From: Eledone cirrhosa
Lineage: Eukaryota
Length of the DNA stretch: 64,000 nt
Assembly (NCBI GenBank): GCA_964016885.1
Contig: OZ024743.1
Coordinates: 362,266,001-362,330,000, forward strand
Reading direction: 5' to 3'
This document shows, in pieces, positions 1 to 11,100 of this stretch. Under the pieces are notes generated by a model, which was not told where the DNA came from, ran no database searches, and worked only from the letters and a program-made list of their open reading frames with translations. The position numbers and the translations under genes were made by a program. The number at the start of each line of letters is the position of its first letter. Positions within the stretch are counted from its first letter, which is position 1.

Positions 1-1
1 A

Positions 2-544
2 ATCTAGTCGATATCTATCGGCCAGGTCAAATCGGTCGATTAACTGTTTGAGGCTGTTACACCCCCCTTTATCGGGACATGCTCCCACATAGTCCCAACG
101 TGCATCTAGGATTCCATTCCAGTCCCCCACTAAAAGCAAGGAGCGGGACGTTCCCAGAAAAGTCTCTAGACGTTTGAAGAAGTCTGGCCGCGGTGTCCCG
201 GATGGGGCATATGCGGCCACCAGCCTGAACGCACCACCTTCACTACCGTCAACGTCTAGGACCACCAGTCGACCCTCCGGGTCCAGATGTACCGTCTGTG
301 TTACGAGGCCCAGGTGTTTCCGCAGCAAAACGGCAACTCCGCCCCCACCCCCCGGTTGACAGAGAGATGCGTAGATCTCAAAGTCATCGAAGATGGGGGC
401 CAGCTGTCGCTCGCCGTGGATCCTGGACTCGCAAATGGCTACCACATCCAAACTGTGCGACCTGAGGTCGTTTAAGAGTTTGCCCTGTTTCCAGGGCATC
501 CCCAGGCCGCGTACGTTCACACATCCAACTCTTATATTGGCCAT
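2..544 (-). CDS. Tx1-like ORF2, APE endonuclease N-terminus (partial)
   Basis: Matches copy B ORF 5346-5855 (NVRG, ICES, YAP and GDWN motifs); ATG in CCAACATGG context. Confidence 0.8.
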   Translation of the reverse strand, partial: MANIRVGCVNVRGLGMPWKQGKLLNDLRSHSLDVVAICESRIHGERQLAPIFDDFEIYASLCQPGGGGGVAVLLRKHLGLVTQTVHLDPEGRLVVLDVDGSEGGAFRLVAAYAPSGTPRPDFFKRLETFLGTSRSLLLVGDWNGILDARWDYVGACPDKGGCNSLKQLIDRFDLADRYRLD

Positions 545-577
545 GTTGGTGCTGAAAAGTTAAAAGAGGAAAAGAGA

Positions 578-1894
578 TCACTCACCCTTCGCCTCCTGGG
601 GACCAGGCCGCACGATTTCCATGGGGGTGTTGGAGGGGTTGTCTGGATGGGTGGTGGTTTCCGGCGGGGTGGGGACGCAGATGTTTGGTGGGGTGGGGTC
701 TGGTGGGATGGGGGTGTCTGGGGTGGGGAGGCATTTGAGAAGGACGCGGTTGAGTGGTTTCACGCAGGAATTCCCCACATCCTTCTCAAATGTTTCTTTT
801 AGGGACCTATAAGTTTGTATAGGGACCCTAATCAGTTTTAGGTTCATTTTTTTGCTATTTTTTATAGAGTGGGCGAAAGTTTTCCCTTCGGTGAAAACCG
901 AAGGGTCGTTCGTGATGGTCTCCATTAGTGTTTTGTTTTCAGTGTTTATGTAAGTGTAAGTGTAATTTTCTTGTGTTGTGTTTGTTTTTGTCTGTAGTTC
1001 TTGTGTGTGCTTTCGTTTTGTTGTAGGTATTTTGTTTTCAGGAGGTGGGGGTTTTGTTTGTGATATTTTTGTTGTTTGTGTTGGTGGTTGTATGTTTGTG
1101 GTAGTGTTTGCTGGTTTTTTGCTTTTGTGATGTCTTTTCTTTCTTTTCGAGCGATGGGGTTCTCCCTCGTCTTCACTGGGTGATGGCGAGATAGCCTCAT
1201 CTGTTGTATCGTGTGTGTGATTGGGGAGGGGTATGTCTTGGGGAGCTGTTGTGTCTGTATGTGATTTTGAAGTGGTTTTAGGTGGAGTGAGGTTGGGTGG
1301 GACTGTGTTTGTTGTGGTTATTTTTGTGTGTTGGTGTTGTTGTTGTAGTGGTGGTGTTGGTGGTTGTGTTGTTTTGATGGGTGTTGGCAGAAGAGCCTTT
1401 TTTTGGTTCATTAGTTTAGGACAGGAAGCCCTCAGGTGACCCCTGCTAAAGCAATGGTAACATGAAGGCCGCCTACCCTCAACCGAAAGGTTTATGTAGG
1501 TAAGTCCGTCCAGGAGTACACGCTGTGGGATCATAGCTATTCGCTCTGGGCTCATTTGCACCAGAACTTCAATGCTAGTCCCATTGAATACATCTCTGGG
1601 GGACTTGCCTACTGACAGTATTCTGTCTTCATCAAAATTGATGAAGCCGCACAGTATCCACCATATGTTCACCTTTGGTGTGACACTTGTGACTCTGATC
1701 TTTTGTGTCCTTTTTCCCATGTATGTAGGGAAAAAGGTGTACAGGTTGGATACAATTGGCGACACAGAGTAATTTTGGGCCGTCAATTGATCCTTCATCA
1801 GTACCGAAATACTCCCAAAAAGTTTGCTTCTTTGAATGAATGCAATATCATTCATTGAATCTTTGAAAACCAGTTCAATATCTTTCTGTGACAA
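578..1894 (-). CDS. Tx1-like ORF1 nucleic-acid-binding protein, C-terminal 438 aa (N-terminal part in frameshifted ORF 1929-2465)
   Basis: C-X2-C-X4-H-X4-C zinc knuckle, basic patch RSKRKKRHHK and Pro/Thr-rich tail. A ~30 nt deletion relative to copy B near 2005 appears to break the N-terminal frame. Confidence 0.8.
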   Translation of the reverse strand: MSQKDIELVFKDSMNDIAFIQRSKLFGSISVLMKDQLTAQNYSVSPIVSNLYTFFPTYMGKRTQKIRVTSVTPKVNIWWILCGFINFDEDRILSVGKSPRDVFNGTSIEVLVQMSPERIAMIPQRVLLDGLTYINLSVEGRRPSCYHCFSRGHLRASCPKLMNQKKALLPTPIKTTQPPTPPLQQQHQHTKITTTNTVPPNLTPPKTTSKSHTDTTAPQDIPLPNHTHDTTDEAISPSPSEDEGEPHRSKRKKRHHKSKKPANTTTNIQPPTQTTKISQTKPPPPENKIPTTKRKHTQELQTKTNTTQENYTYTYINTENKTLMETITNDPSVFTEGKTFAHSIKNSKKMNLKLIRVPIQTYRSLKETFEKDVGNSCVKPLNRVLLKCLPTPDTPIPPDPTPPNICVPTPPETTTHPDNPSNTPMEIVRPGPQEAKGE

Positions 1895-2685
1895 TTGGAC
1901 TGGTTTTCGGGTAGAATTGGAAACTGTCCTAAAAACTATCGTTTTGAGAGCAGTTTCCTTGCGAATTTCTACCGGAGAATTGATGCTGAAAGCACCATTT
2001 TTTTAAAAGGTGTTCAGCATTTGTTATGTCGAGATATATCAATTGTTCTTTCTTTTGAACTTTCTCCGCAAAGGAGATTTTTGGTTTCTTTGTGGAATCC
2101 GTATTGGTGGTGTTGTCATTATTGTTGTTATTCTTGTTGTTATTCTTGTTGTCACCGATGTTGGTATCATCCGTATTTTCCTTGGTGTTGTTGTTGTCTT
2201 TGATGCTGGTGTTATTGGCGTTGTCTTTATTTTTTTCTTTGTTGTTGTTATCATTGTTGCTTTTATCATCATTATTGGTTTTGCTGTTATTTTTGTTGTC
2301 ATTGAGCTGTTTGGTGTCATTTGTGTTGTTTGGATGTGAATTCGTTTTTTTATTTTCATTTTGTCTTTCCATCTCTATAGTATCTAGTGAAGAAGACGTT
2401 GTTGACTGCGAGCTTTGTAGTCTTACCGCCTCTCCACCGCCATTATCGTTGGACGCAGCGTTCATAACGTAATCAAAATTTTACAATATTTTTTTTTCCA
2501 AGATTCGATGGAGAAAAATTTTTTAAATGGATATTCCGCCCCTGAAGGGGCGAAAATGAGTTGACCCACCACCTGAAGGTCCAGACGGGTGGTCAAGTTA
2601 CACAATGATATAAAATTGAACTAAAAACTCACGTTTTTTCCTTACATAAATTAACGGAAACTTCTCCGCGAAGTGACACACGACT

Positions 2686-2721
2686 GATAGAGAGATAGAT
2701 AGATAGATAGATAGATAGATA
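2686..2721. repeat. (GATA)n/(TATC)n tail of copy B, abutting the 5' end of copy A
   Basis: On the minus strand it directly follows AATAAAGAAACAT. Confidence 0.9.
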
Positions 2722-5700
2722 TGTTTCTTTATTAGCAACAGGGGCACAAAAGAAGGGGACAAATACAAAGGGGGAAGTTTACATACAATAAAAACGTGTA
2801 AAATGTTATCACAAATGCAATTCAAAAAGTTAGTCGATTTTCCCCCAATAGGAGGAGACAGTTCATATGGGTAACACATACCCCCGAAAAAATGTGCAAC
2901 CCTCAACTCCAGGAGTACGAAGAGTTTGTACTCCCTTCCTCTTCTCCTTTTCCTCAACCTACAGGCTGATATAGAGAGAAGGCCCATTCACTCGGGCCAT
3001 TCTCGCCACTTTCACCCACCTTTCATAAAACTTGCTGGGGTGCAACACCTCTCTCTCCATCCTGATTCTTCTTCCAAAGTGGTATTTGAAAAAAGAACCA
3101 GTTGTTGGCCGGAGAGAAAGGTGTCTGACCTCAGCCCTTTCAACCTTGTCCACCATACAACCTCTTTCGCCATAGCTATCACACAAAGGAAAACCGCCTC
3201 TCCTTCGTTTTTGAAGGAGGGTGGCAGTTTGATCATGACAATGGACTCGGTGGTCAACCGGATTGGTCCCACCCGCGACAATAGTCGTTCTACATAGCCC
3301 CACAGGTCAGTGACGTCCGGGCAGTGTATGAATGCGTGCGCGACGGTTTCTTCGTTACGCACGCACCTCGGAGAGATCTTTTTTGAAGGGTCCCTGCCCG
3401 GGCGCCCATGTCTGTAGAACTTATCTCGAACTGGTAGAGCTCCTCGGTAGCACTGCCAGGCCAGGGACTTTTGGAAGTTGTCCATCGGTCCCGGGCGGAA
3501 GGTCCTACCGAACAGACTGGTCAGTTCATCTTCCTCTACGCCTAGAGTTTCACCGAGCGCGTCGTTGCACTTGCTGCGGATCAACCCTCTATAGAATGAC
3601 GAAGTGCAATCTCCACTGATCGCCGGGGCCGCCTGCCAGAGGTCTGTGAACGCCTGAGCATATTCGATGTGCCAGTCGCCCATTTTCCTCGGTCTCTGCT
3701 TGACCCAGGACTGCAGCTCGGTCAGTGAGACGAGTCGTGGGAAGGCTCGCCTCACGAACGGGGCCCACACCTGTTGTCCGGTGAGGAATACGTAGAGATG
3801 CCACAGCCTGAGCGCGTGTTTGCGCATCGTCAACCACGGCATCCCCAGCCCTACGTTATAAGGGTGTTGGCAGCAGATGGATCTTCTCACCAAAGGAGCC
3901 CGCCTCTTCCAAAGGAATTGGAAGAGCGCGCATTCCATTTTGGCGAGCGTTTTGGCTGGACAAGGCACGACGGTCAAGCGGTAGTAGATGGCGGACGCTA
4001 TAAAAGTGTTCGCCACTTCCGCTCGACCTTTCAAGGATAGTTTGCACTCGGCCCACTTCTGGGTGAGTGCAAACACCTTGGCCGTCACTTAGTTCCAGTT
4101 CTTCTCCACCTGGAGGTCCGGACCAAACCAGACCCCGAGCAGCTTTACCGGTCCTTCCGTCCAGCGTCCGACGACGCCATCGGAAGGCATCGGTTTGCCT
4201 CTCCACGATCCGAGTTGCAAACCGATGGACTTGTCCCGGTTCAGCTTCGCTCCTGTGAAACTTTCGTATTCCTCCAGTAAGGTGGCGACTTCCTCGATTT
4301 GTAGGCGCTCGACACCATTACTGTCACGTCGTCGGCGTAGGCCGACGCCGCTTTCCGCAGTCCCGGTTCCAGAGGGATGCCCTGCAATAGCTCCAACTTC
4401 CGCAGTAGTGGCTCGAGAGTGAATACGTACAGTCCGGCATTGCTACGTAAAATTCGCATGGTAGACCGTCGAGACCTGGAGATTTGTGTTTGCCGCATTG
4501 GCTCAACGCGTCCCCTATCTCAGCGGCTGAAATCGGCTTTTCGCAGAACTTTGCCTCGCTGTCCGAGAGTCGCGGTAGGCCGTCGAGGTATGGACCGAAA
4601 TCCATAGCCCCTCCCGGTGCGCCGCCCCGCCCGAACAGTTGAGCAAAGTGCCGCTGAAAGGCCGCACATATCTGCTTCGGCTCACGTATCACGCGTCCGT
4701 TTTGGTCCTTCAAAGACCGAATCGTGGACTTGTTGCCACTTTTTGCCTCCGTCACACGGGCCCAGCTAACAGCTTTGGCTCCCTCGTTTCCCAGAGCACG
4801 TATTTTGCTTCTGACAACGCAGCCCTCGTGCTTTGCATCGAAGAACTGGTCCAAGGCCGTTCTCGTTGTTAGCACTCTGGCTACGTTGCCACTTCTAATT
4901 GCCTCTTCTACTTTATCTACCAGTTCCTTCTCGGTTCTATTTCTATCTAACGCTAATTCTTTACTAAAAACTAACGAGTCTAATCTAACTGCCCTCTTGA
5001 GAGAGTACCACCATCTGTTGTTGACAATGGCCCCTGTCAAGTGCTGTTTAACTAAAGTGCTAATCCGTCTACTGTAGGCTTTGCTTGTCGGTAACGACAA
5101 GTTCAGCTTCCAGTAGCCGGGTCCTTGTCAATGGGTTCTATCAAGGTTGGCCATGCAGGTCGCTAGTTTGTGATCTGAATAGGCAACCATGAACATTTGT
5201 GGACAGCTTAACATGTCCCTATCCTCATTTCTAACTAGAACCCTATCTATGTACGATCTAGATGTTCCGCTACGATTACTCCACGTCCACAGTGGCACAG
5301 TCGGAAAATCTAGTCGATATCTATCGGCCAGGTCAAATCGGTCGATTAACTGTTTGAGGCTGTTACACCCCCCCCCCCTTTATCGGGACATGCTCCCACA
5401 TAGTCCCAACGTGCATCTAGGATTCCATTCCAGTCCCCCACTAAAAGCAAGGAGCGGGACTTTCCCAGAAAAGTCTCTAGACGTTTGAAGAAATCTGGCC
5501 GCGGTGTACCGGATGGGGCATATGCAGCCACCAGCCTGAAAACTCCACCTTCACTACCGTCAACGTCTAGAACCACCTGTCGACCCTCCGGGTCCAGATG
5601 TACCGTCTGTGTTACGAGGCCCAGGTGTTTCCGCAGCAAAACGGCAACTCCACCCCCACCCCCCGGTTGACAGAGAGATGCGTAGATATCAAAGTCATCG

Positions 5701-8034
5701 AAGATGGGGGCCAGCTGTCGCTCGCTGTGTATCCTGGACTCGCAAATGGCTACCACATCCATACTGTGCGACCTGAGGTCGTTTAAGAGTTTGCCCTGTT
5801 TCCAGGGCATCCCCAGGCCGCGTACGTTCACACATCCAACTCTTATATTGGCCATGTTGGTGCTGAAAAGTTAAAAGAGGAAAAGAGATCACTCACCCTT
5901 CGTCTCCTGGGGACCAGGCTGCACGATTTCCATGGGGGTGTTGGAGGGGTTGTCTGGGTAGGTGGTGGTTTCCGGCGGGTTGGGGACGGAGATGTTTGGT
6001 GGGGTGGGGTCTGGTGGGATGGGTGTGTCTGGGGTGGGGAGACATTTGAGAAGGACGCGGTTAAGTGGTTTCACGCAGGAATTCCCCACATCCTTTTCAA
6101 ATGTTTCTTTTAGGGACCTATAAGTTTGTATAGGGACCCTAATCAGTTTTAGGTTCAGTTTTTTGTTATTTTTAATAGAGTGGGCGAAAGTTTTCCCTTC
6201 GGTGAAAACCGAAGGGTCGTTCGTGATGGTCTCCATTAGTGTTTTGTTTTCAGTGTTTATGTAAGTGTAAGTGTAATTTTCTTGTGTTGTGTTTGTTTTT
6301 GTCTGTAGTTCTTATATGTGCTTTCGTTTTGCTGTAGGTATTTTGTTTTCAGGAGGTGGGGGTTTTGTCTGTGATGTTTTTTGTTGTTTGTGTTGGTGGT
6401 TGTATGTTTGTGGTAGTGTTTGCTGGTTTTTTTGCTTTTGTGATGTCTTTTCTTTCTTTTCGAGCGATGGGGTTCTCCCTCGTCTTCACTGGGTGATGGC
6501 GAGATAGCCTCATCTGTTGTATCGTCTGTGTGATTGGGAAGGGGTACGTCTTGGGGAGCTGTTGTGTCTGTATGTGATTTTGTAGTGGTTTTAGGTGGAG
6601 TGGGGTTGGGTGGGACTGTGTTTGTTGTGGTTATTTTTGTGTGTTGGTGTTGTTGTTGTTGTGGTGGTGTTGGTGGTTGTGTTTTTTTGATGGGTGTCGG
6701 GAGAAGAGCCTTTTTTTACTCATTAATTTAGGACAGGAAGCCCTCAGGTGACCCCTGCTAAAGCAATGGTAACATGAAGGCCGCCTACCCTCAACCGAAA
6801 AGTTGATGTAGGTGAGTCCGTCCAGGAGTACACGTTGTGGGATCATAGCTATTCGCTCTGGGCTCATTTGCACCAGAACTTCAATGCTAGTCCCATTGAA
6901 TACATCTCTGGGGGACTTTCCTACTGACAGTATTCTGTCTTCATCAAAATTGATGAAGCCGCACAGTACCACCATATTTTCTCCTTTGGTATGACACTCG
7001 TGATTTTAATCTTCTGTGTCCTTTTTCCCATGTATGTAGGGAAAAAGGTATACAGGTTGGATACAATTGGCGACATAGAGTAATTTTGGGCCGTCAATTG
7101 ATCCTTCATGAGTACCGAAAAACTCCCAAAAAGTTTGCTTCTTTGAATGAATGCAATATCATTCATTGAATTTTTGAAAACCAGTTCAATTTCTTTCTGT
7201 TACAATTGGAATGATTTTCGGGTAGAATTGGAAACTGTCCTAAAAACTATCGTTTTGAGAGCAGTTTCCTTGCGAATTTCTACCGGAGAATTGATGCTGA
7301 AAGCACCATTTTTTTCGAAAGTGACATATCTCAGTAGCGTCCTTTAAAAGTTGTTCGACATTTTTTATGTCGAGATATGTCAGTTCCTCCTTTTTTTGAA
7401 CTGTCTGTGCAAAGGAGATTTTGGTTTCTTTGTGGAATCATCCGTGTTGGTGGTGTTGTCATTATTGTTGTTATTGTTTGTGTTATTCTTGTTGTCACTG
7501 ATGTTGATATTATTCGTATTTTCCTTGGTGTTCGTGTAGGTGTTGTTGTTGTCTTTGATGCTGGTGTTATTGGTGTTGTCTTTATTTTTTCTTTGTTGTT
7601 GTTGTCATTGTTGTTTTTATCATCATTATTGGTGTTGTTGTTATTTTTGTTGTCATTGAACTGTTTGGTGCATTTGTGTTGTTTGGATATGAATTTGTTT
7701 TTACATTTTCATTTCGTCTTTCCATCTCCATAGTATCTAGGGAAGAAGACGATGTTGACTGCGAGCTCTGTAGTCTTACCGACTCTCCACCACCATTATC
7801 GTTGAACGCAGCGTTTATAACGTAATCAAACTTCTTATATTTTTTCCAAAATTCGATGGAGAAAAAATTTTTCAAACGAATATTTCGCCCCTATAGGGGC
7901 GAAAATGAGTTGACCCACCACCTGAGGGTCCAGACGGGGGGTCAAGTTACACAATAATATAAAATTTAACTGAAAACTCACGTTTTTTTCTTACATAAAA
8001 TAACGGAAACTTCTCCGCGAAGTTACACACGTCT

Positions 8035-8035
<1 letters not shown>
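2722..8035 (-). mobile_element. Tx1-like LINE copy B, both ends present, internal RT deletion and frameshifts
   Basis: ORF1 fragments 5889-7875; APE 5346-5855; linker 4324-5100 (KSPGLDG); YADD in 4241-4498; C-terminal zinc finger PRCVRNEETVAHAFIHC in 3012-4088; AATAAA at 2728-2733 (minus). Confidence 0.9.
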
Positions 8036-8150
<115 letters not shown>

Positions 8151-11100
8151 TGTTTCTTTATTAGCCACAGGGGCACAAAAGAAGCGGACAATTACAAAGG
8201 GGGGAGTTTACATACAATAAAAATGTGTAAAATGTTATCACAATTGTAATTTAAAAGTTAATCGATTTTCCCCAATAGGGGGAGACAGTTCATATGGATA
8301 GCACATACCCCCGAACAAAATGTGCAACCCTCATCTCCAGGAGTACGAAGAGTTTGTACCCCTTTCCTCTCTTCCTCTTTTTCCTCAACCTACAGGCTGA
8401 TATAGAGAGAAGGCCCATTCACTCGGGCCATTCTCGCCACTTTCACCCACCTTTCATAAAACTTACTGGGGTACAGCACCTCTCTCTCCATCCTGATTCT
8501 TCTTCCAAAGTGGTATTTGAAAAAAAGAATCAGTTGTTGGCGGAGAGAAAGGTGTCTGACCTCAGCCCTTTTAAGCTCGTCTACCATACAACATCTTTCG
8601 CCATAGCTATCACACAAAGGAAAACCGCCTCTCCTTCGTTTTTGAAGGAGGGTGGCGGTTTGATCATGACAATGGACTCGGTGGTCAACTGGATTGGTCC
8701 CACCCGCGACAATAGTCGTTCTACATAGCCCCACAGGTCGGTAACACCAGGGCAGTGTATAAATGCGCGCGCGACGGTTTCTTCGTCTCGCACGCATCTC
8801 GGACATATCTTTTTTGAAGGGTCCCTGCCCGGGCGCTCATGTCTGTAGAGCTTGTCTCGAACTGGTAGAGCTCCTCGGTAGCACTGCCAGGCCAGGGACT
8901 TTTGGAAGTTGTCCATCGGTCCCGGGCAGAAGGTCCTACCGAACAGACTGGCCAGTTCGTCTTCCTCCACGCCTAGATTTCTCCGAGCGCGTCGTTGCAC
9001 TTGCTGCGAATCAACCCTCTATAGAATGACGAAGTGGAGTCTCCACTGATCGCCGGGTCCGCCTGCCAGAGAGCTGTAAGCGCCTGAGCACATTCGATGT
9101 TCCAGTCGCCCATTTTCCTCGGTCTTTGCTTGACCCAGGACTGCAGCTCGGTCAGCGAGACGAGTCGTGGGAAGCCTCGCCTCACGAATGGGGCCCACAC
9201 CGGTTGTCCGGTGAGGAATACGTAGAGATGCCGCAGCCTGAGCGCGTGTTTGCGCATCGTCAGCCACGGCACCCCAGCCCTCCATTGGAAAGGTGTTGGC
9301 AGCAGATGGATCTTTTCACCAAAGGATCCCGCTTCTTTCAAAGGAAGTTGCCTATGTCATTCCCCTTATTCTCGTCCTTCCTGACTAGTGTGACTACGCC
9401 CCTGGTCACAGAACTAGAAATTCTCCCGTTCTACTGCCAGTTGCAGTAGACCGCTTCCAGGAGACCGGAGAATAAGTCCGGCATTGCTACGTAAAATTCG
9501 TAGGGTGACCGTCGAGACCTGGAGATTTGCGTTTGCCGCATTGGCTCAACGCGTCCCCTATCTCAGCGGCTGAAATCGGCTTTTGGCAGAACTCCGCCTC
9601 GCTGTCCGAGAGTCGCGCTAGGCCGTCGAGGTATGGACCGAAATCCATAGCCCTTCCCGGCACGACGCCCTGCCCGAACAGCTGAGCAAAGTGCCTCTGA
9701 AAGGCCGCACACATCTGCTTCGGCTCACGTATCACGCGTCCGTTTTGGTCCTTCAAAGACCGAATCGTGGACTTGTTGCCACTTTTTGCCTCCGTCACTC
9801 GGGCCCAGCTAACAGCTTTGGCTCCCTCGTTACCCAGAGCACGTATTTTGCTTCTGACAACGCAGCCCTCGTGCTTTGCGTCGAAGAACTGGTCCAAGGC
9901 CGTTCTCGTTGCTAGCACGGTGGCTACGTTGCCACTTCTAATTGCCTGTTCTACTTTATCTACCGGCTCCTTCTCGGTACTATTTCTATCTAACGCTAAT
10001 TCTTTACTATAAAACTAACCATTCTAATCTAACTTCCGTCTTGAGAGAGTACCACCATCTGTTGTTGACAATGGCCCCCGTCAAGTGCTGTTTAACTAAA
10101 GTGCTAATCCGCTTACTGTAAGCTTTGTTTGTCGGTAAGGACAAGTTTTGCTTCCAGTAACCGGGTCCTTGTCTATGGGTTCTATCAAGGTTAACCACTC
10201 CGGTCAGCAACTTGTGATCCGAATAGGCAACCATGAACATTCGTGGACAGATTAATATGTCCCTATTCTTGTTTCTAACTAGGAACATATCTAGGTACGA
10301 CCTAGATGTTGCGCTACACAGTGGCACAGTCGGAAAATCTAGTCGATATCTATCGGCCAGATCAAATCGGCCGATTAACCGTTTGAGGCTGTTACACCCC
10401 CCTCTATCGGGACATGCCCCTACATAGTCCCAACGTGCATCCAAGATACCATTCCAGTCCCTCACTAAAAGCAAGGAGCGGGACGTTCCCAGAAAAGTCT
10501 CTAGGCGCTGGAAGACATCCGGTCGCGGTGTCCCAGATGGGGCATACGCTGCCACCAGCCTGAAGGCTCCACCTTCGCTACTGCCGACGTCTAGAACCAC
10601 CAGTCGACCCTCCGTCCAGGTGTACCTTCCGTGTTGCGAAGCCCAGGTGTTTTCGTAGCAGAACGACCACCCCGCCCCCACTCTCCGGCTGACAGAGAGA
10701 TGCATAGATCTCAAAGTCGTCGAAGGTGGGGGCCAGTTGGTGCTCGCTGCTGATCCTGGACTCACAAATAGCTATCACATCCATCTGTGCGACCTGAGGT
10801 CATTTAAGAGTTTGCCCTGCTTCCAGGACATTCCCAGGCTGCGCACATTTAAACATCCAACTTTTATAACAGCCATGTTGGTGGTGAAGAGTTAAAGTGG
10901 AGAAAAAGGAAAAGACACCTACCTGTCCCTCTCCTGGGGACCAGGCTGCACACTCTCATTGGGGGTGTCAGAGGGGTTGTTTGGTGTGGTGGTGGTTTGG
11001 AGTGTGGTGGGAACATCAGTGTAGGAACATCAGTGTTTGGTGGGGGAGGGGTGTCTGGGTTGGTGGTGGGAAAACATTTCAAAAGGACGCGATTGATGGG

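Larger units (their letters stand above)
1..2686 (-). mobile_element. Tx1-like LINE copy A (5' UTR, ORF1 and start of ORF2; runs off the window)
   Basis: ORF1 has a CCHC knuckle (CYHCFSRGHLRASC) and is followed by the APE start MANIRVGCVNVRGL. Nearly identical to 5308-8035. Confidence 0.9.

Noticed and set aside
545-585. 34-nt GT-AG micro-intron fusing ORF1 to ORF2
   Set aside because: The product is out of frame, and the AG is absent in copies C, E and F.
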